Below, one piece after another: positions 48,437-58,037 of a stretch of DNA of 64,000 bases. Origin of the DNA: Candidatus Fervidifonticultor sextus. GTDB taxonomy: Bacteria > Sysuimicrobiota > Sysuimicrobiia > Sysuimicrobiales > Humicultoraceae. Where the stretch lies: assembly GCA_031459875.1 (NCBI GenBank), contig JAVKHQ010000003.1, forward strand, positions 94,297 through 158,296, given 5' to 3'. The first letter of the stretch is position 1, and each line of letters starts with the position of its first letter. The notes beneath the pieces were generated by a model, which worked only from the letters and a program-made list of their open reading frames with translations, made no database searches and was not told the origin of the DNA. A program made the position numbers and the translations under genes.

Positions 48437-51400
48437 ATGCTGCCCGACCTCCCATCTGCGTCAATCGTCGTCCTCAACCACAACGGCAAGGAACACCTCG
48501 CCGACTGTCTGGACTCACTGGGTCGTCTCATCTATCCCCACGACCGCCTCGAGATCCTGGTGGTTGACAACGGATCGACCGACGGGTCGCCAGCCTGGGT
48601 GCGGGCGACCTACCCTCGGGTGCGGGTGGTGGAGTTGGGCCAGAACCTGGGGTTCGCCGAAGGGAGCAACCGCGGGGCCGCCCAGGCGACGGGCGAGATC
48701 GTGGTGTTTCTCAACACCGACACCCGGGCGGATCCTGCATGGCTGCGCGAACTCGTCGCCCCGCTGGCGGGGGGTGACCCCCAACTGGCGGCCACCGCCT
48801 CGAAAATGCTCGATTGGGAAGGCCGTGGCCTGGACTTCCCGGTCTACGCCACGCTATTGGGGATGCCCTACGCCTCCCGGGAGGCGCGGATCTACCGCCG
48901 GCCGGAAGACTACGATGCAGACCACTATGTGCTGTTCGCCTCCGGCGGAGCCATGGCCATCCGCCGTCGGGTCTTCCTCGACGTCGGTGGGTTCGATGCC
49001 GACTACTTCATGTACCACGAGGACCTCGACCTGGGCTGGCGGCTCTGGCTAGTGGGCCACAAGGTCCTCTACGTCCCCAGGGCGGTCGTCTACCACAGAT
49101 CCGGTGGGTCGGCAACAGGCGATCAGGCGCGGCTCTTCTTTTTGAACGAGCGCAACGCCCTCTACACCATCATCAAGAATGTCGGGGACGCCTGGCTGGC
49201 CAGGCTCTTTCCCCTGCTGCTCCTCTGGCTGGTGGAGCGGGTGGGCCTGTATCTTGGCGTCGACCCCACCGGGTACCGGCCCGATGGCACCGGGGGCTCG
49301 CCGGGGCAGGCGCGGACCGTCCCGGGACAGGCGCTGGCCGGGGTGGCGGCCGTGATGGATCTCAACCGGCAGTTTGCCCGGCTGGTCGAGAAGCGCGCGG
49401 CCATCCAGGCGAGGCGGGTGCGGTCCGACGAGGAGATTGCCGCCCTCCTGGACCTGCCCCACGAGGCCCTCGTCCAGATGATGGCCGGGGCGGACGTGGA
49501 TTTTGCGGCGGCGGCCCGGCTCGTCGAGACTTTTGGCCTTGCGCTGAAAGACGCCTCGCTGTTTCCCCGCCTGGTGCGGGAGCTGGAAGACGATCCGGAC
49601 GCCAGAGAAGCGGCCTGTCTGTTGTACCTGGCGGATCATTCGATCGGCGAAGCCGAGGCTCGCTTCGGCAAGGACGTCGTGGCCCGACTCGCGGCGCGCA
49701 CCCGTCTGGGTTCGCGCGATCTGCCATTGTTGGCCCGCCTCGTAATGGTGGCCGGCTCGAAACTCCTGGCCGGCGTGCGGGCGCCGGCGGGTCTAGAAGA
49801 CGGCGGCCTCTCCTCCCTGGCCCGAGAGGTCGCCTGGCGCGATGCCGTGTTCTACCGCGAGGAACTGTCGAAGCGCACCGAGCAGCTCCTGACGACGTTG
49901 CGCGAGCAGCGGGATCGTCTGGCAGATCTGCAGGCTCAGCAGCAGGCCCGGGAACAGGATTGGGCGGCGGAGCGCGAGGCGCTGCGGGCAGAACGCGACC
50001 GCCTGCTGGCCGAGCGCGACGCCCTGCACCAGCGGCTGGAGGCCGCCTGGCAGGAGGTGCTGGCCTCGAGACGGTACCGCGTGGGCCAGTTTCTGGCCAT
50101 CTCCTGGTGGCTCGTCCTGCACCCCCGCTACGTGACCGCCAGGGTCCGCGAGGAAGCATATCAGTGGCTGCGCGGCGCGCTCCCGCTCTTCGTGAAACGC
50201 TGGATCAAACGTGTGGCGTTGCGCCGGCCTCAAGATGCCTGGGGTACGCCCGTGATCCATCAGAGGTCGGAGTCGGAGGGACGCGTCCTGGCCCACCCCG
50301 AAGGATCCCGCCGACCGTCCGCCGCGACGCCCCGGCGGTCTCTGTACGATGTCCTCTTCTTCTCGGTCATCGACTGGGGATTCCGATTCCAGCGCCCTCA
50401 GCAACTCGCGTGCCAGTTCGCCGCCCACGGCCATCGGGTGTTCTACGTGAGCATCACCTTCGATCCGTGCCCCTCGGGCCCTGCTCGCCCGCCCGCCCCG
50501 AGCCTGGCCACCGTCCGCCCCGATGTCCATGAGGTTCGCCTGGCGGGGTCGTCCTGCCCCAGCGTCTACCGCGACCGTCTGGGAGGGACGACGCTGGACG
50601 AATTCCTGGCGGAGTTCGACGCGCTGCGGCTGGAGCAGGGCATTGTGGACGCCGTCTGCATTGTCCAGTTGCCGTTCTGGCGCCCGCTCGTGTCCCATCT
50701 CAGGGCCCGATATGGGTGGAAGGTGGCCTACGACTGCCTGGACCGACACAGCGGGTTCTCCACCAACGCGCCGGCCATGCTGGCAGAGGACGCACCTCTG
50801 GCCCGCGAGGCCGACCTCGTGGTGGCGACCTCGCGTGTCCTCTTCGAGGAACGGCGGGTGCAAAACCCCCGGTGCATCCTCGTGCCCAACGCCACCGACT
50901 TCGCCCACTTCAGCGTGTTCATCGGCGAGACCCCCGCCTGGCTCCAGCGGCTCCGCCGGCCCATCATCGGCTACTACGGCGCCATCGCCGGGTGGTTCGA
51001 TACCGCCCTGGTCGCCGCCGTGGCCCGGCTGCGGCCGCAGTGGACCTTCGTGCTGGTGGGGAGCACGTTCACGGCCGATCTTCGACCGCTGGAGGGGTTG
51101 CCCAATGTGCACCTGCCCGGCGAGCAGCCCTACGGCCTCCTGCCGGCCTACCTGCACGCCTTCGATGCCTGCCTGATCCCGTTTCGCCGCCTGCCGCTGA
51201 CGGAGGCCACCAATCCGGTGAAGTTCTATGAATACCTGAGCGCCGGCAAGCCGGTGGTCTCCGTGCGGTTGCCCGAACTGGAGGGTTATGAAGCGCAGGG
51301 GCTGGTCTATCTGGCCGACGACGCTGAAGGATTTGTGACCGCGCTTGAACGGGCCCTGGCCGAGGATACTCCGGCGCTTGTGAGCCACCGGATGCGGTTC

Positions 51401-52231
51401 GCCGAGCAGCACACGTGGCCGCACCGATATGCGGCGCTGCGCGAGGCCATCACGCCGCTGTACCGGCGGGCCAGCATCATTATTCCCACCCACAACAACC
51501 TCCACCTGACCCGCCTCTGCATCGAGGCCATCCTGCGGAACACCACGTGGCCCAACTACGAGATCATCATCGTCGACAACGCCTCGACCGACGGCACCCT
51601 GGACTACCTGCGCGGCCTCTCAGAACGCCTGCGCCACGTGAAGGTCCTGCGCAACAGCCGCAACGAGGGCTTCGCCCGGGCCAACAACCAGGGCATTGCC
51701 ATCGCATCTGGAGACTACCTGGTCCTCCTCAACAACGACACGATCGTCACCCGCGGGTGGCTGACGACCATGATCCGGTACCTGGAGGAGCACCCGGACG
51801 TGGGCATGATCGGACCGGCCACCAACCTGGCCGGGAACGAGGCCAAGATCGACGTCCCGTATGCCAACCTCGAGGAGATGGAGGCGTTTGCCGAGGCCTA
51901 CACGCGCGACCACGCCCACGACGTGCAGGACCTGCCCATGCTGGGATTCTTCTGCGTGGTCATCCCGCGGCGCGTGCTGGACGAGGTCGGTCCCCTCGAC
52001 GAGCGATTCGGGATCGGGCTGTTCGAGGACGACGACCTCTGCCTGCGGGTGCGGCGTGCCGGCTACCGGCTGGTGTGCACCGACGGCGCGTTTGTCCACC
52101 ACTTCCACAGCGCGACGATGCGCCGCTTCAGCGAGGACGAATACCTCCGGCTCTTCGAGGCCAACCGGGCGAAGTTCGAGCAGAAGTGGAACATTAGGTG
52201 GACCCCCCACCGGTATCGCTGGCAGCGGTAG
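48437..52231 (+). CDS. Multidomain glycosyltransferase: GT2 - helical/coiled-coil - GT-B (GT4-like) - GT2
   Basis: N-terminal GT2 (VDNGSTD, LNTD, FMYHEDLD), heptad-rich region ~49856-50080, GT-B (FQRPQQLA, YDCLD, NPVKFYEYLSAGKPVV), C-terminal GT2 (VDNASTD, LLNND, FEDDD). Confidence 0.9.
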   Translation: MLPDLPSASIVVLNHNGKEHLADCLDSLGRLIYPHDRLEILVVDNGSTDGSPAWVRATYPRVRVVELGQNLGFAEGSNRGAAQATGEIVVFLNTDTRADPAWLRELVAPLAGGDPQLAATASKMLDWEGRGLDFPVYATLLGMPYASREARIYRRPEDYDADHYVLFASGGAMAIRRRVFLDVGGFDADYFMYHEDLDLGWRLWLVGHKVLYVPRAVVYHRSGGSATGDQARLFFLNERNALYTIIKNVGDAWLARLFPLLLLWLVERVGLYLGVDPTGYRPDGTGGSPGQARTVPGQALAGVAAVMDLNRQFARLVEKRAAIQARRVRSDEEIAALLDLPHEALVQMMAGADVDFAAAARLVETFGLALKDASLFPRLVRELEDDPDAREAACLLYLADHSIGEAEARFGKDVVARLAARTRLGSRDLPLLARLVMVAGSKLLAGVRAPAGLEDGGLSSLAREVAWRDAVFYREELSKRTEQLLTTLREQRDRLADLQAQQQAREQDWAAEREALRAERDRLLAERDALHQRLEAAWQEVLASRRYRVGQFLAISWWLVLHPRYVTARVREEAYQWLRGALPLFVKRWIKRVALRRPQDAWGTPVIHQRSESEGRVLAHPEGSRRPSAATPRRSLYDVLFFSVIDWGFRFQRPQQLACQFAAHGHRVFYVSITFDPCPSGPARPPAPSLATVRPDVHEVRLAGSSCPSVYRDRLGGTTLDEFLAEFDALRLEQGIVDAVCIVQLPFWRPLVSHLRARYGWKVAYDCLDRHSGFSTNAPAMLAEDAPLAREADLVVATSRVLFEERRVQNPRCILVPNATDFAHFSVFIGETPAWLQRLRRPIIGYYGAIAGWFDTALVAAVARLRPQWTFVLVGSTFTADLRPLEGLPNVHLPGEQPYGLLPAYLHAFDACLIPFRRLPLTEATNPVKFYEYLSAGKPVVSVRLPELEGYEAQGLVYLADDAEGFVTALERALAEDTPALVSHRMRFAEQHTWPHRYAALREAITPLYRRASIIIPTHNNLHLTRLCIEAILRNTTWPNYEIIIVDNASTDGTLDYLRGLSERLRHVKVLRNSRNEGFARANNQGIAIASGDYLVLLNNDTIVTRGWLTTMIRYLEEHPDVGMIGPATNLAGNEAKIDVPYANLEEMEAFAEAYTRDHAHDVQDLPMLGFFCVVIPRRVLDEVGPLDERFGIGLFEDDDLCLRVRRAGYRLVCTDGAFVHHFHSATMRRFSEDEYLRLFEANRAKFEQKWNIRWTPHRYRWQR

Positions 52232-52302
52232 CGGGCTCCGCCTGATCCGCCGTCTGCCCGGCCCGGTGCATCTTGATCCGAAGGTCCTCCAGGATCCAGC
52301 CT

Positions 52303-53193
52303 TCACTTGGGCCGCCTGGTCCACAGACTCCGCACCCACTCGCCCGCCTCCAGGCGAAGCCAGCGGGCGGCGCCGCCGTAGAGGGCCGCGAACTTGCGGA
52401 GTGCCAGCACCCGGTCTCGGGCGCCCGGGCCGAATGCGGTGCCGAGGAACCTCCAGGACATGGCCACCAGGAGCCCGACCATCCAGCGATCGCCCCGGAG
52501 GGCGTGTTTGGCCAGGACGGCGCCCATCCCGTTGGGCAGCCGGTTCGGCCGGGTGGTGTCGCGTTCGTGGTAGGCGAGGAACTGGGGGCTGTAGAGGACC
52601 GTGTAGCCGGCCTTCAGCGCCCGGTAGATGTAGTCGACATCCTCTCCCCCCCACGCGCTGATCCCCAGCCCCAGGCGCTCGTCGAAGGAACCGACGCGGG
52701 CGGCCACCGATGCCCGCAGCGCCATGTTGCCGCCCGATCCGGCCCGCCGGGGATTGGCGGGATAGCCAAAGGTCTGCCGGTCCGTTCCGCCCCGCACAGG
52801 GCGTTCGGAGCCATCGGGCAGCCGCATGATCACGCGCCCCGTGAGCAGTCCCAGGGTGGGATCCGCGCTGAACTCCCGATGGATGTGCGCGAGCCATCCC
52901 GAGTCGACCACCATATCGTCGTCGGTGAACGCGAGGATCTCGCCCCGCGCGACCTGCATGCCGCGGTTCCTGGCGCGGGAGACACCCGGGTGGTCTTCGT
53001 GCAGGTAGTGCACCCTGAGGCCGGAGGCCGCGGCGTGGCGGGCAACAACCTCTCGGGTGAGATCCGGGCGTCCGTTGTCCACCACAATGATCTCCCAGGC
53101 GACGCCGAGAGGAACGGTCATCGCGGCCAGGCCGTCCAGCGTCCGCTGCAAGCCCGTGGGCCGGTCGCGCGTCGGGATGATGATCGAGATCAT
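52303..53193 (-). CDS. Glycosyltransferase family 2
   Basis: ISIIIPTRDR, VVDNG, FTDDD and FDERLG.G...GGED. Confidence 0.88.
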   Translation of the reverse strand: MISIIIPTRDRPTGLQRTLDGLAAMTVPLGVAWEIIVVDNGRPDLTREVVARHAAASGLRVHYLHEDHPGVSRARNRGMQVARGEILAFTDDDMVVDSGWLAHIHREFSADPTLGLLTGRVIMRLPDGSERPVRGGTDRQTFGYPANPRRAGSGGNMALRASVAARVGSFDERLGLGISAWGGEDVDYIYRALKAGYTVLYSPQFLAYHERDTTRPNRLPNGMGAVLAKHALRGDRWMVGLLVAMSWRFLGTAFGPGARDRVLALRKFAALYGGAARWLRLEAGEWVRSLWTRRPK

Positions 53194-53215
53194 CGCGGCG
53201 GGCTCCCGCGTGCCC

Positions 53216-54229
53216 TCATGCCAGGACGGACCCGGCGACCACCAGGGCCTCTTCCGGCGAGTTGGCCCACCGGGTCAGGTCGCAGCCTTCTCCCCACGTC
53301 TCGTAGAAGGCTCGGAGCTTGCCAAACCGGGTGTCGAGCAGCACGTGCGGGATGTTCTGGAGAAGACTCAGGATGTATCCGTGGAAGCGGTCGGTGATTA
53401 CGACACGCCCGCGGCTGAGAAGCCGTCTGCCCCAGGACAGACGGCTGTTGGCAATGAGATCGTAGAGCCGGCCCTGTGCCACCCCTCGCAACCCCGGAGG
53501 AGAGATGCGCCGGTTGAACCAGGGCAGGGCCCAACGGGCAGCCCGGGCGACCGGAAACGGAGGCTCTCGCCTCCAGTCGAAGGTCACGATGCCCGGTGCT
53601 GGTGCCGAGTGCGGCCACGCGGACTCTCTGTCGGTCCTGGCCAGCCACACCACGTCGGTCCTGGGGGGCTCCGCACGGGGCAGCGGCCCCAGCGCGAACG
53701 CCACATCCGGGCAGAGCAGGACCCTGACCCGCAACGCATCGTGCGCCAGCTCGTAACTCGAGCGGTCGCGCGCCAGGATGACGAGGTCAGGATGCGCGTT
53801 GAAGTCGGTGCGTACTGCATGCAGAAGGCCGCGGTCGCGGAAGAAGATCCACTGCGGGAAGAAGACGATGCGGTGGTCGGGGAAGTCTGCCACGATCCTG
53901 CGCATGAACTGGAGCCCGCGCCGCCACACGTCCCCCAGGCTTCCGCCGCCGTGAACGAAGATCGTGCCTGCCTGGAGCCGGGCGGCCAGCTGCGACCGGT
54001 CGTAGTTCTCCCTGTCACACGTGTAGACGACGCGGGCGCCGCCGCGCGCCAGCATGGTCTGCTGGGCCAGCCAGATGGCGCTGTCGCCGACATTAGCGTG
54101 CAGCGGAAAGCCCACGAGCGCGCACGGGCCCCCCGTGGGAATGAGGGGCAACAAGACCTCGTCGAGCCGCTGACGCAGGCGGATGACCAGTCCGCGCCGC
54201 TCCCCCGTTCTGTCCTCGCAGACGCCCAT
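53216..54229 (-). CDS. Polysaccharide pyruvyltransferase family protein
   Basis: HANVGDSAIW, HGGGSLGDVW, FPQ, ARDRSSY, PDVAF and ITDRFHG. Confidence 0.88.
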   Translation of the reverse strand: MGVCEDRTGERRGLVIRLRQRLDEVLLPLIPTGGPCALVGFPLHANVGDSAIWLAQQTMLARGGARVVYTCDRENYDRSQLAARLQAGTIFVHGGGSLGDVWRRGLQFMRRIVADFPDHRIVFFPQWIFFRDRGLLHAVRTDFNAHPDLVILARDRSSYELAHDALRVRVLLCPDVAFALGPLPRAEPPRTDVVWLARTDRESAWPHSAPAPGIVTFDWRREPPFPVARAARWALPWFNRRISPPGLRGVAQGRLYDLIANSRLSWGRRLLSRGRVVITDRFHGYILSLLQNIPHVLLDTRFGKLRAFYETWGEGCDLTRWANSPEEALVVAGSVLA

Positions 54230-54340
54230 CCATCCATGGTCATTGCACGATGTTCGGGGACAGTCCTCTTGGTACAGGAAGACCTCTGGCCCTGCGCGAA
54301 TTGGTGAACGACCTGCGCCACAGGTCACGCGTGACCCCGG

Positions 54341-55579
54341 ATGAGAGTCCTGCTGACCCACGTCACCCTGGGCCGTGGCGGAGACGCCGTGCAGTGGACG
54401 GCGCTGGCAGACAGCCTTCGGCGGGCCGGCCATGATGTCACGGTCGCCGGCGCCGTGGCCGTTCGCCCCTACAGCACCCGCGGGGCTGCAGCCGGCGCGC
54501 GCACGGTCGTGGGGTGCTTCCCCTGGCAGGTGCGCGACGCGCTGGAGTTGGCCCTCGTGCCCGTGGCGGCGGCCAGGGCGTGGTGGACGGCACGGCAGGG
54601 TGTGGACCTCATCGTCTACCACGCGGGCCCCTACGCAGTCCTGGGGCCGCTGCTGGCCTGGCTGCTGCGGGTTCCTCTGGTCGCCTGCCTGGACGCGCAC
54701 GTGCCGGCGGAGCGGGGCTACCGCTCCGAGTCGTACTGGCGCTCCGTGCACGAAGGGACCGCACGGTGGCTGGGACGGACCGCCCGGGTCGTGGTCACCC
54801 CATCTCGGGCGATCGCCGACCACTACCGGCGGATCGGGCTTCCGGCCACCAAAGTGCTCGTGCGGCCCGGCGGCGTCCTGCAGCGGCACATCGAGGCGGG
54901 GCTGCGCCTGGTCGAGACGATGCCGCCGATGGCCCGGGCATCCCAGTGCGTGCTCGGCTTTGCCGGCAGCCTGTCGGACTGGCACCGCGTGGACCTCCTG
55001 CTGGAAGCGCTGGCCCTGCTAGTCGCGCGCGCCGACGGCATCGCATACCGGCTCGTGGTGGTCGGCGGGGGCCGCGAAGAGTCCAGGCTTCGCGCGCTGG
55101 CCCAGCGCCTGGGCATCGCCCGGCGCGTCCAGTGGCGCGGGTCACTGCCGCACGACGACGCCGTGGCCGCCATGGCAGAGTTCGACATCGCCGTCCTGCC
55201 CTCGACGCTGCCCACCGGCTCGCCATTGAAACTCGTCGAGTACGCAGCGATGGGTCGGCCCATCGTGGCTCCGGCGCTGCCGAACATCGGCGACCTGCTG
55301 GCGCCGGAGACGGAGGCCATCCTGGTTGAACCGGGACGCCCGGCGGTGCTGGCCGAGGCGATCGCCCGACTGGCTCATGATCCGGTCCTGGCCCGGCGGA
55401 TCGGCCGCTCCGCCCAGTCACGCGTGCGCGCACTGACCTGGGAAGAGGCGGCCCGGTTGCTGGTCCGCGCGGCCCTCGGGGAAGAGCCGGCGCCGACACC
55501 TGGGGGCCCGGCTGGCTGCGGGCCGATGGCGGTGGCCGGCACCACGGGAACGGGACACGCGGCCGGCCACGAACCATAG
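54341..55579 (+). CDS. Glycosyltransferase family 4
   Basis: GFAGSLSDWH, SPLKLVEYAAMGRPIV and a GT-B layout. Confidence 0.88.
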   Translation: MRVLLTHVTLGRGGDAVQWTALADSLRRAGHDVTVAGAVAVRPYSTRGAAAGARTVVGCFPWQVRDALELALVPVAAARAWWTARQGVDLIVYHAGPYAVLGPLLAWLLRVPLVACLDAHVPAERGYRSESYWRSVHEGTARWLGRTARVVVTPSRAIADHYRRIGLPATKVLVRPGGVLQRHIEAGLRLVETMPPMARASQCVLGFAGSLSDWHRVDLLLEALALLVARADGIAYRLVVVGGGREESRLRALAQRLGIARRVQWRGSLPHDDAVAAMAEFDIAVLPSTLPTGSPLKLVEYAAMGRPIVAPALPNIGDLLAPETEAILVEPGRPAVLAEAIARLAHDPVLARRIGRSAQSRVRALTWEEAARLLVRAALGEEPAPTPGGPAGCGPMAVAGTTGTGHAAGHEP

Positions 55580-55590
55580 GAGGTTAGAGG

Positions 55591-56082
55591 TTGTTGCCGG
55601 GGATCCAGATACGGGCGCTTGCGAAGCGGGTGGACGATCGGGGTTTCTTCATGGAGGCTCTTCGGACGGACTGGAGGGACCTTTTGGGCGACGACACGAT
55701 CGTTCAGGCAAACCTCTCGCTGAGCCATCCCGGCATCATTCGGGCCTGGCACCGCCACCTGCGGGGCCAGGTGGATTACTTTCTGGTGGTGCGGGGCACC
55801 ATGCGCATCTGCGCCTACGATGACTCACCATCGTCTCCGACTCGAGGGCAACTCACCGAGACGGTGTCCAGCGGAGAGGTCCCCAGTGTGGTGCGCGTGC
55901 CCGGCCACTACTGGCACGGAACCATGGCGCTGGGGGGTGAGCCGTCTTTGACGCTCTACTTCACCACCCGCCTGTACGACTATGGGCAGCCCGACGAAGA
56001 GCGGCGGCCGTGGAACGACCCGGGCATCATCGACCCGCGGACCGGCCAGCCCTACGACTGGCTGCGGCCGGTGCACAGGTAG
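55591..56082 (+). CDS. rmlC: dTDP-4-dehydrorhamnose 3,5-epimerase family (cupin)
   Basis: DDRGFF, IRAWHRH and VPGHYWHG. TTG start preceded by GGAGG/GAGG. Confidence 0.82.
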   Translation: MLPGIQIRALAKRVDDRGFFMEALRTDWRDLLGDDTIVQANLSLSHPGIIRAWHRHLRGQVDYFLVVRGTMRICAYDDSPSSPTRGQLTETVSSGEVPSVVRVPGHYWHGTMALGGEPSLTLYFTTRLYDYGQPDEERRPWNDPGIIDPRTGQPYDWLRPVHR

Positions 56083-56090
56083 GAGCAGGC

Positions 56091-57116
56091 ATGGCGCGCG
56101 TCCTGGTCACCGGCGGCGGGGGATACATCGGTTCCGTTCTGACGCTCCGACTCCTCGAGGCCGGGCACGCGGTCACGGTGCTCGACCGCTTCTTCTTCGG
56201 CCGCGAGACGTTGAGCGGCGTCGCCGGCCATCCGCGGCTGCGCATCGTCCAGGACGACATCCGCTGGTGCGCGCCCGAGGTGCTGGACGGCATCGAGGTG
56301 GTGCTGGACCTGGCCGCGCTGTCCAACGACCCCACCGGCGACCTGGATCCGGCGCGGACCCTGGAGATCAACCACCAGGGCCGCGTGCGCATCGCCCGCC
56401 TGGCCCGCCAGCGCGGTGCGGCGCGCTATATTCTGGCCTCCTCGTGCAGCATCTACGGGTTCCATGACGGGGTGGTCCTGGATGAAGAGTCGCCGCCCAA
56501 CCCGCTGACCACCTACGCCCGGGCGAACCTGCTGGCCGAGCGGGAAACCCTCCCGCTCGCCGGACCGAACTTTGCGGTCATCGTGCTGCGCCTGGCGACC
56601 GTCTACGGGCTGTCTTCGCGCATGCGCTTCGACCTGGCCATCAACGGCATGGTGCTGGGACTCCACAGGCGCGGCCGCATCCCGGTCTTGCGCGACGGCC
56701 GGCAGTGGCGGCCGTTCGTCCACGTGCAGGACGCCGCCCGCGCTTTCCTGCTGGCCATGGAGGCCCCGGCCGGGGATGTCGGTGGCCAGATCTTCAACAT
56801 TGGCTCCGACGACCAGAACGTGCAGATCCTGCCGCTCGCCGAGATGGTTGCGCGCGCCCTCGGCCGCGAGGGGGCCGTCGAGTGGTACGGGGATCCCGAC
56901 CACCGGTCCTACCAGGTCAGCTTCCGGAAATGCCGGGAGGTGTTGAAATTCATCCCCCAGTGGACGCCCGAGCGCGGCGCGCAGGAGATCATGGCCGCGC
57001 TGGAGGCCGGGCAGGTGACCGACGGTCCTCAGACGATGACCGTGGCCTGGTACAAGGCCCTGCTCGAGTGGCACGGGCGGCTGTCGTCCATCACCCAGCA
57101 TGGACGCATCCTCTAG
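56091..57116 (+). CDS. NAD-dependent epimerase/dehydratase (extended SDR)
   Basis: TGGGGYIG, LAALSNDP, SSCSIYG, YARAN, RMRFDL and QWRPFVHV. Confidence 0.85.
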   Translation: MARVLVTGGGGYIGSVLTLRLLEAGHAVTVLDRFFFGRETLSGVAGHPRLRIVQDDIRWCAPEVLDGIEVVLDLAALSNDPTGDLDPARTLEINHQGRVRIARLARQRGAARYILASSCSIYGFHDGVVLDEESPPNPLTTYARANLLAERETLPLAGPNFAVIVLRLATVYGLSSRMRFDLAINGMVLGLHRRGRIPVLRDGRQWRPFVHVQDAARAFLLAMEAPAGDVGGQIFNIGSDDQNVQILPLAEMVARALGREGAVEWYGDPDHRSYQVSFRKCREVLKFIPQWTPERGAQEIMAALEAGQVTDGPQTMTVAWYKALLEWHGRLSSITQHGRIL

Positions 57117-58008
57117 GCCTCGGGTCGCAGTGATCGGCGCGGGCGGTCAGCTCGGCGCGGACCTGATACGGGCCATGCGCGACTGGGCGCCGGTCGGGTT
57201 GACCCACGCCGATATCGAGGTGGCCGATCCCGCCGGCGTGAGCGCGGCGCTCGAGGCGGTGGCTCCCGACGTGGTCATCAACTGCGCGGCGTTCCACCGG
57301 GTGGACGACTGCGAGCGGCAGCCGGAGAAGGCGTTTCGGATCAACGCGCTGGGTGCGCGGAACGTCGCCCTGGCGTGCGCGCGGCTTGGTGCGCTGGCCG
57401 TCTACATCAGCACCGACTACGTGTTCGACGGCGAGCTGGGACGGCCGTACACCGAGGCCGACGCGCCCCGGCCCATCAACACCTATGGCGTCTCCAAGCT
57501 CGCGGGCGAACATCTGACCGCCTCCTGTGCGCCGCGGCATCTGATCGTCCGGGTGTCCAGCCTCTTCGGCGTCGTCGGCGCCAGCGGCAAGGGCGGGAAC
57601 TTCGTCGAGACGGTAATCCGCAAAGCCCGTGGGGGAGAGACCCTGCGCGTCGTGGACGACCTGGTGATGTCGCCGACGTATGCAGCCGACGCCGCGGCGG
57701 CCATCCGCGACCTCATCGCGGCGGGAGCCACGGGGGTCGTGCACGCCGCCAATGAAGGCGCGTGTTCCTGGTCCGAGTTCGCCCGGGCCATCATCGAGGA
57801 ATTGGGCTGGCCTGCGGACGTGCATCCGCAGCGGTCGGCCGACCTCCCCACGGCGGCGCGGCGGCCCCGGAACTCCGCGCTGGAGAGCGCGCTCCTGCGG
57901 GCTCGAGGGAGGCCTCAGCCCCCGTGGAGGGACGCGCTCCGCCGGTACCTGGTTGCGAAAGAGCACATTGCTGAGGAAGTGACCTCTGACACAATTATTG
58001 GCACGTGA
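57100..58008 (+). CDS. rmlD: dTDP-4-dehydrorhamnose reductase
   Basis: GAGGQLG, INCAAFHRVD, ISTDYVFDG, YGVSKLAGE, SPT and RPRNSAL. Confidence 0.92.
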   Translation: MDASSRPRVAVIGAGGQLGADLIRAMRDWAPVGLTHADIEVADPAGVSAALEAVAPDVVINCAAFHRVDDCERQPEKAFRINALGARNVALACARLGALAVYISTDYVFDGELGRPYTEADAPRPINTYGVSKLAGEHLTASCAPRHLIVRVSSLFGVVGASGKGGNFVETVIRKARGGETLRVVDDLVMSPTYAADAAAAIRDLIAAGATGVVHAANEGACSWSEFARAIIEELGWPADVHPQRSADLPTAARRPRNSALESALLRARGRPQPPWRDALRRYLVAKEHIAEEVTSDTIIGT

Positions 58009-58037
58009 GAGCCGAGAAGGGTGTCCGCAAGGTCACC

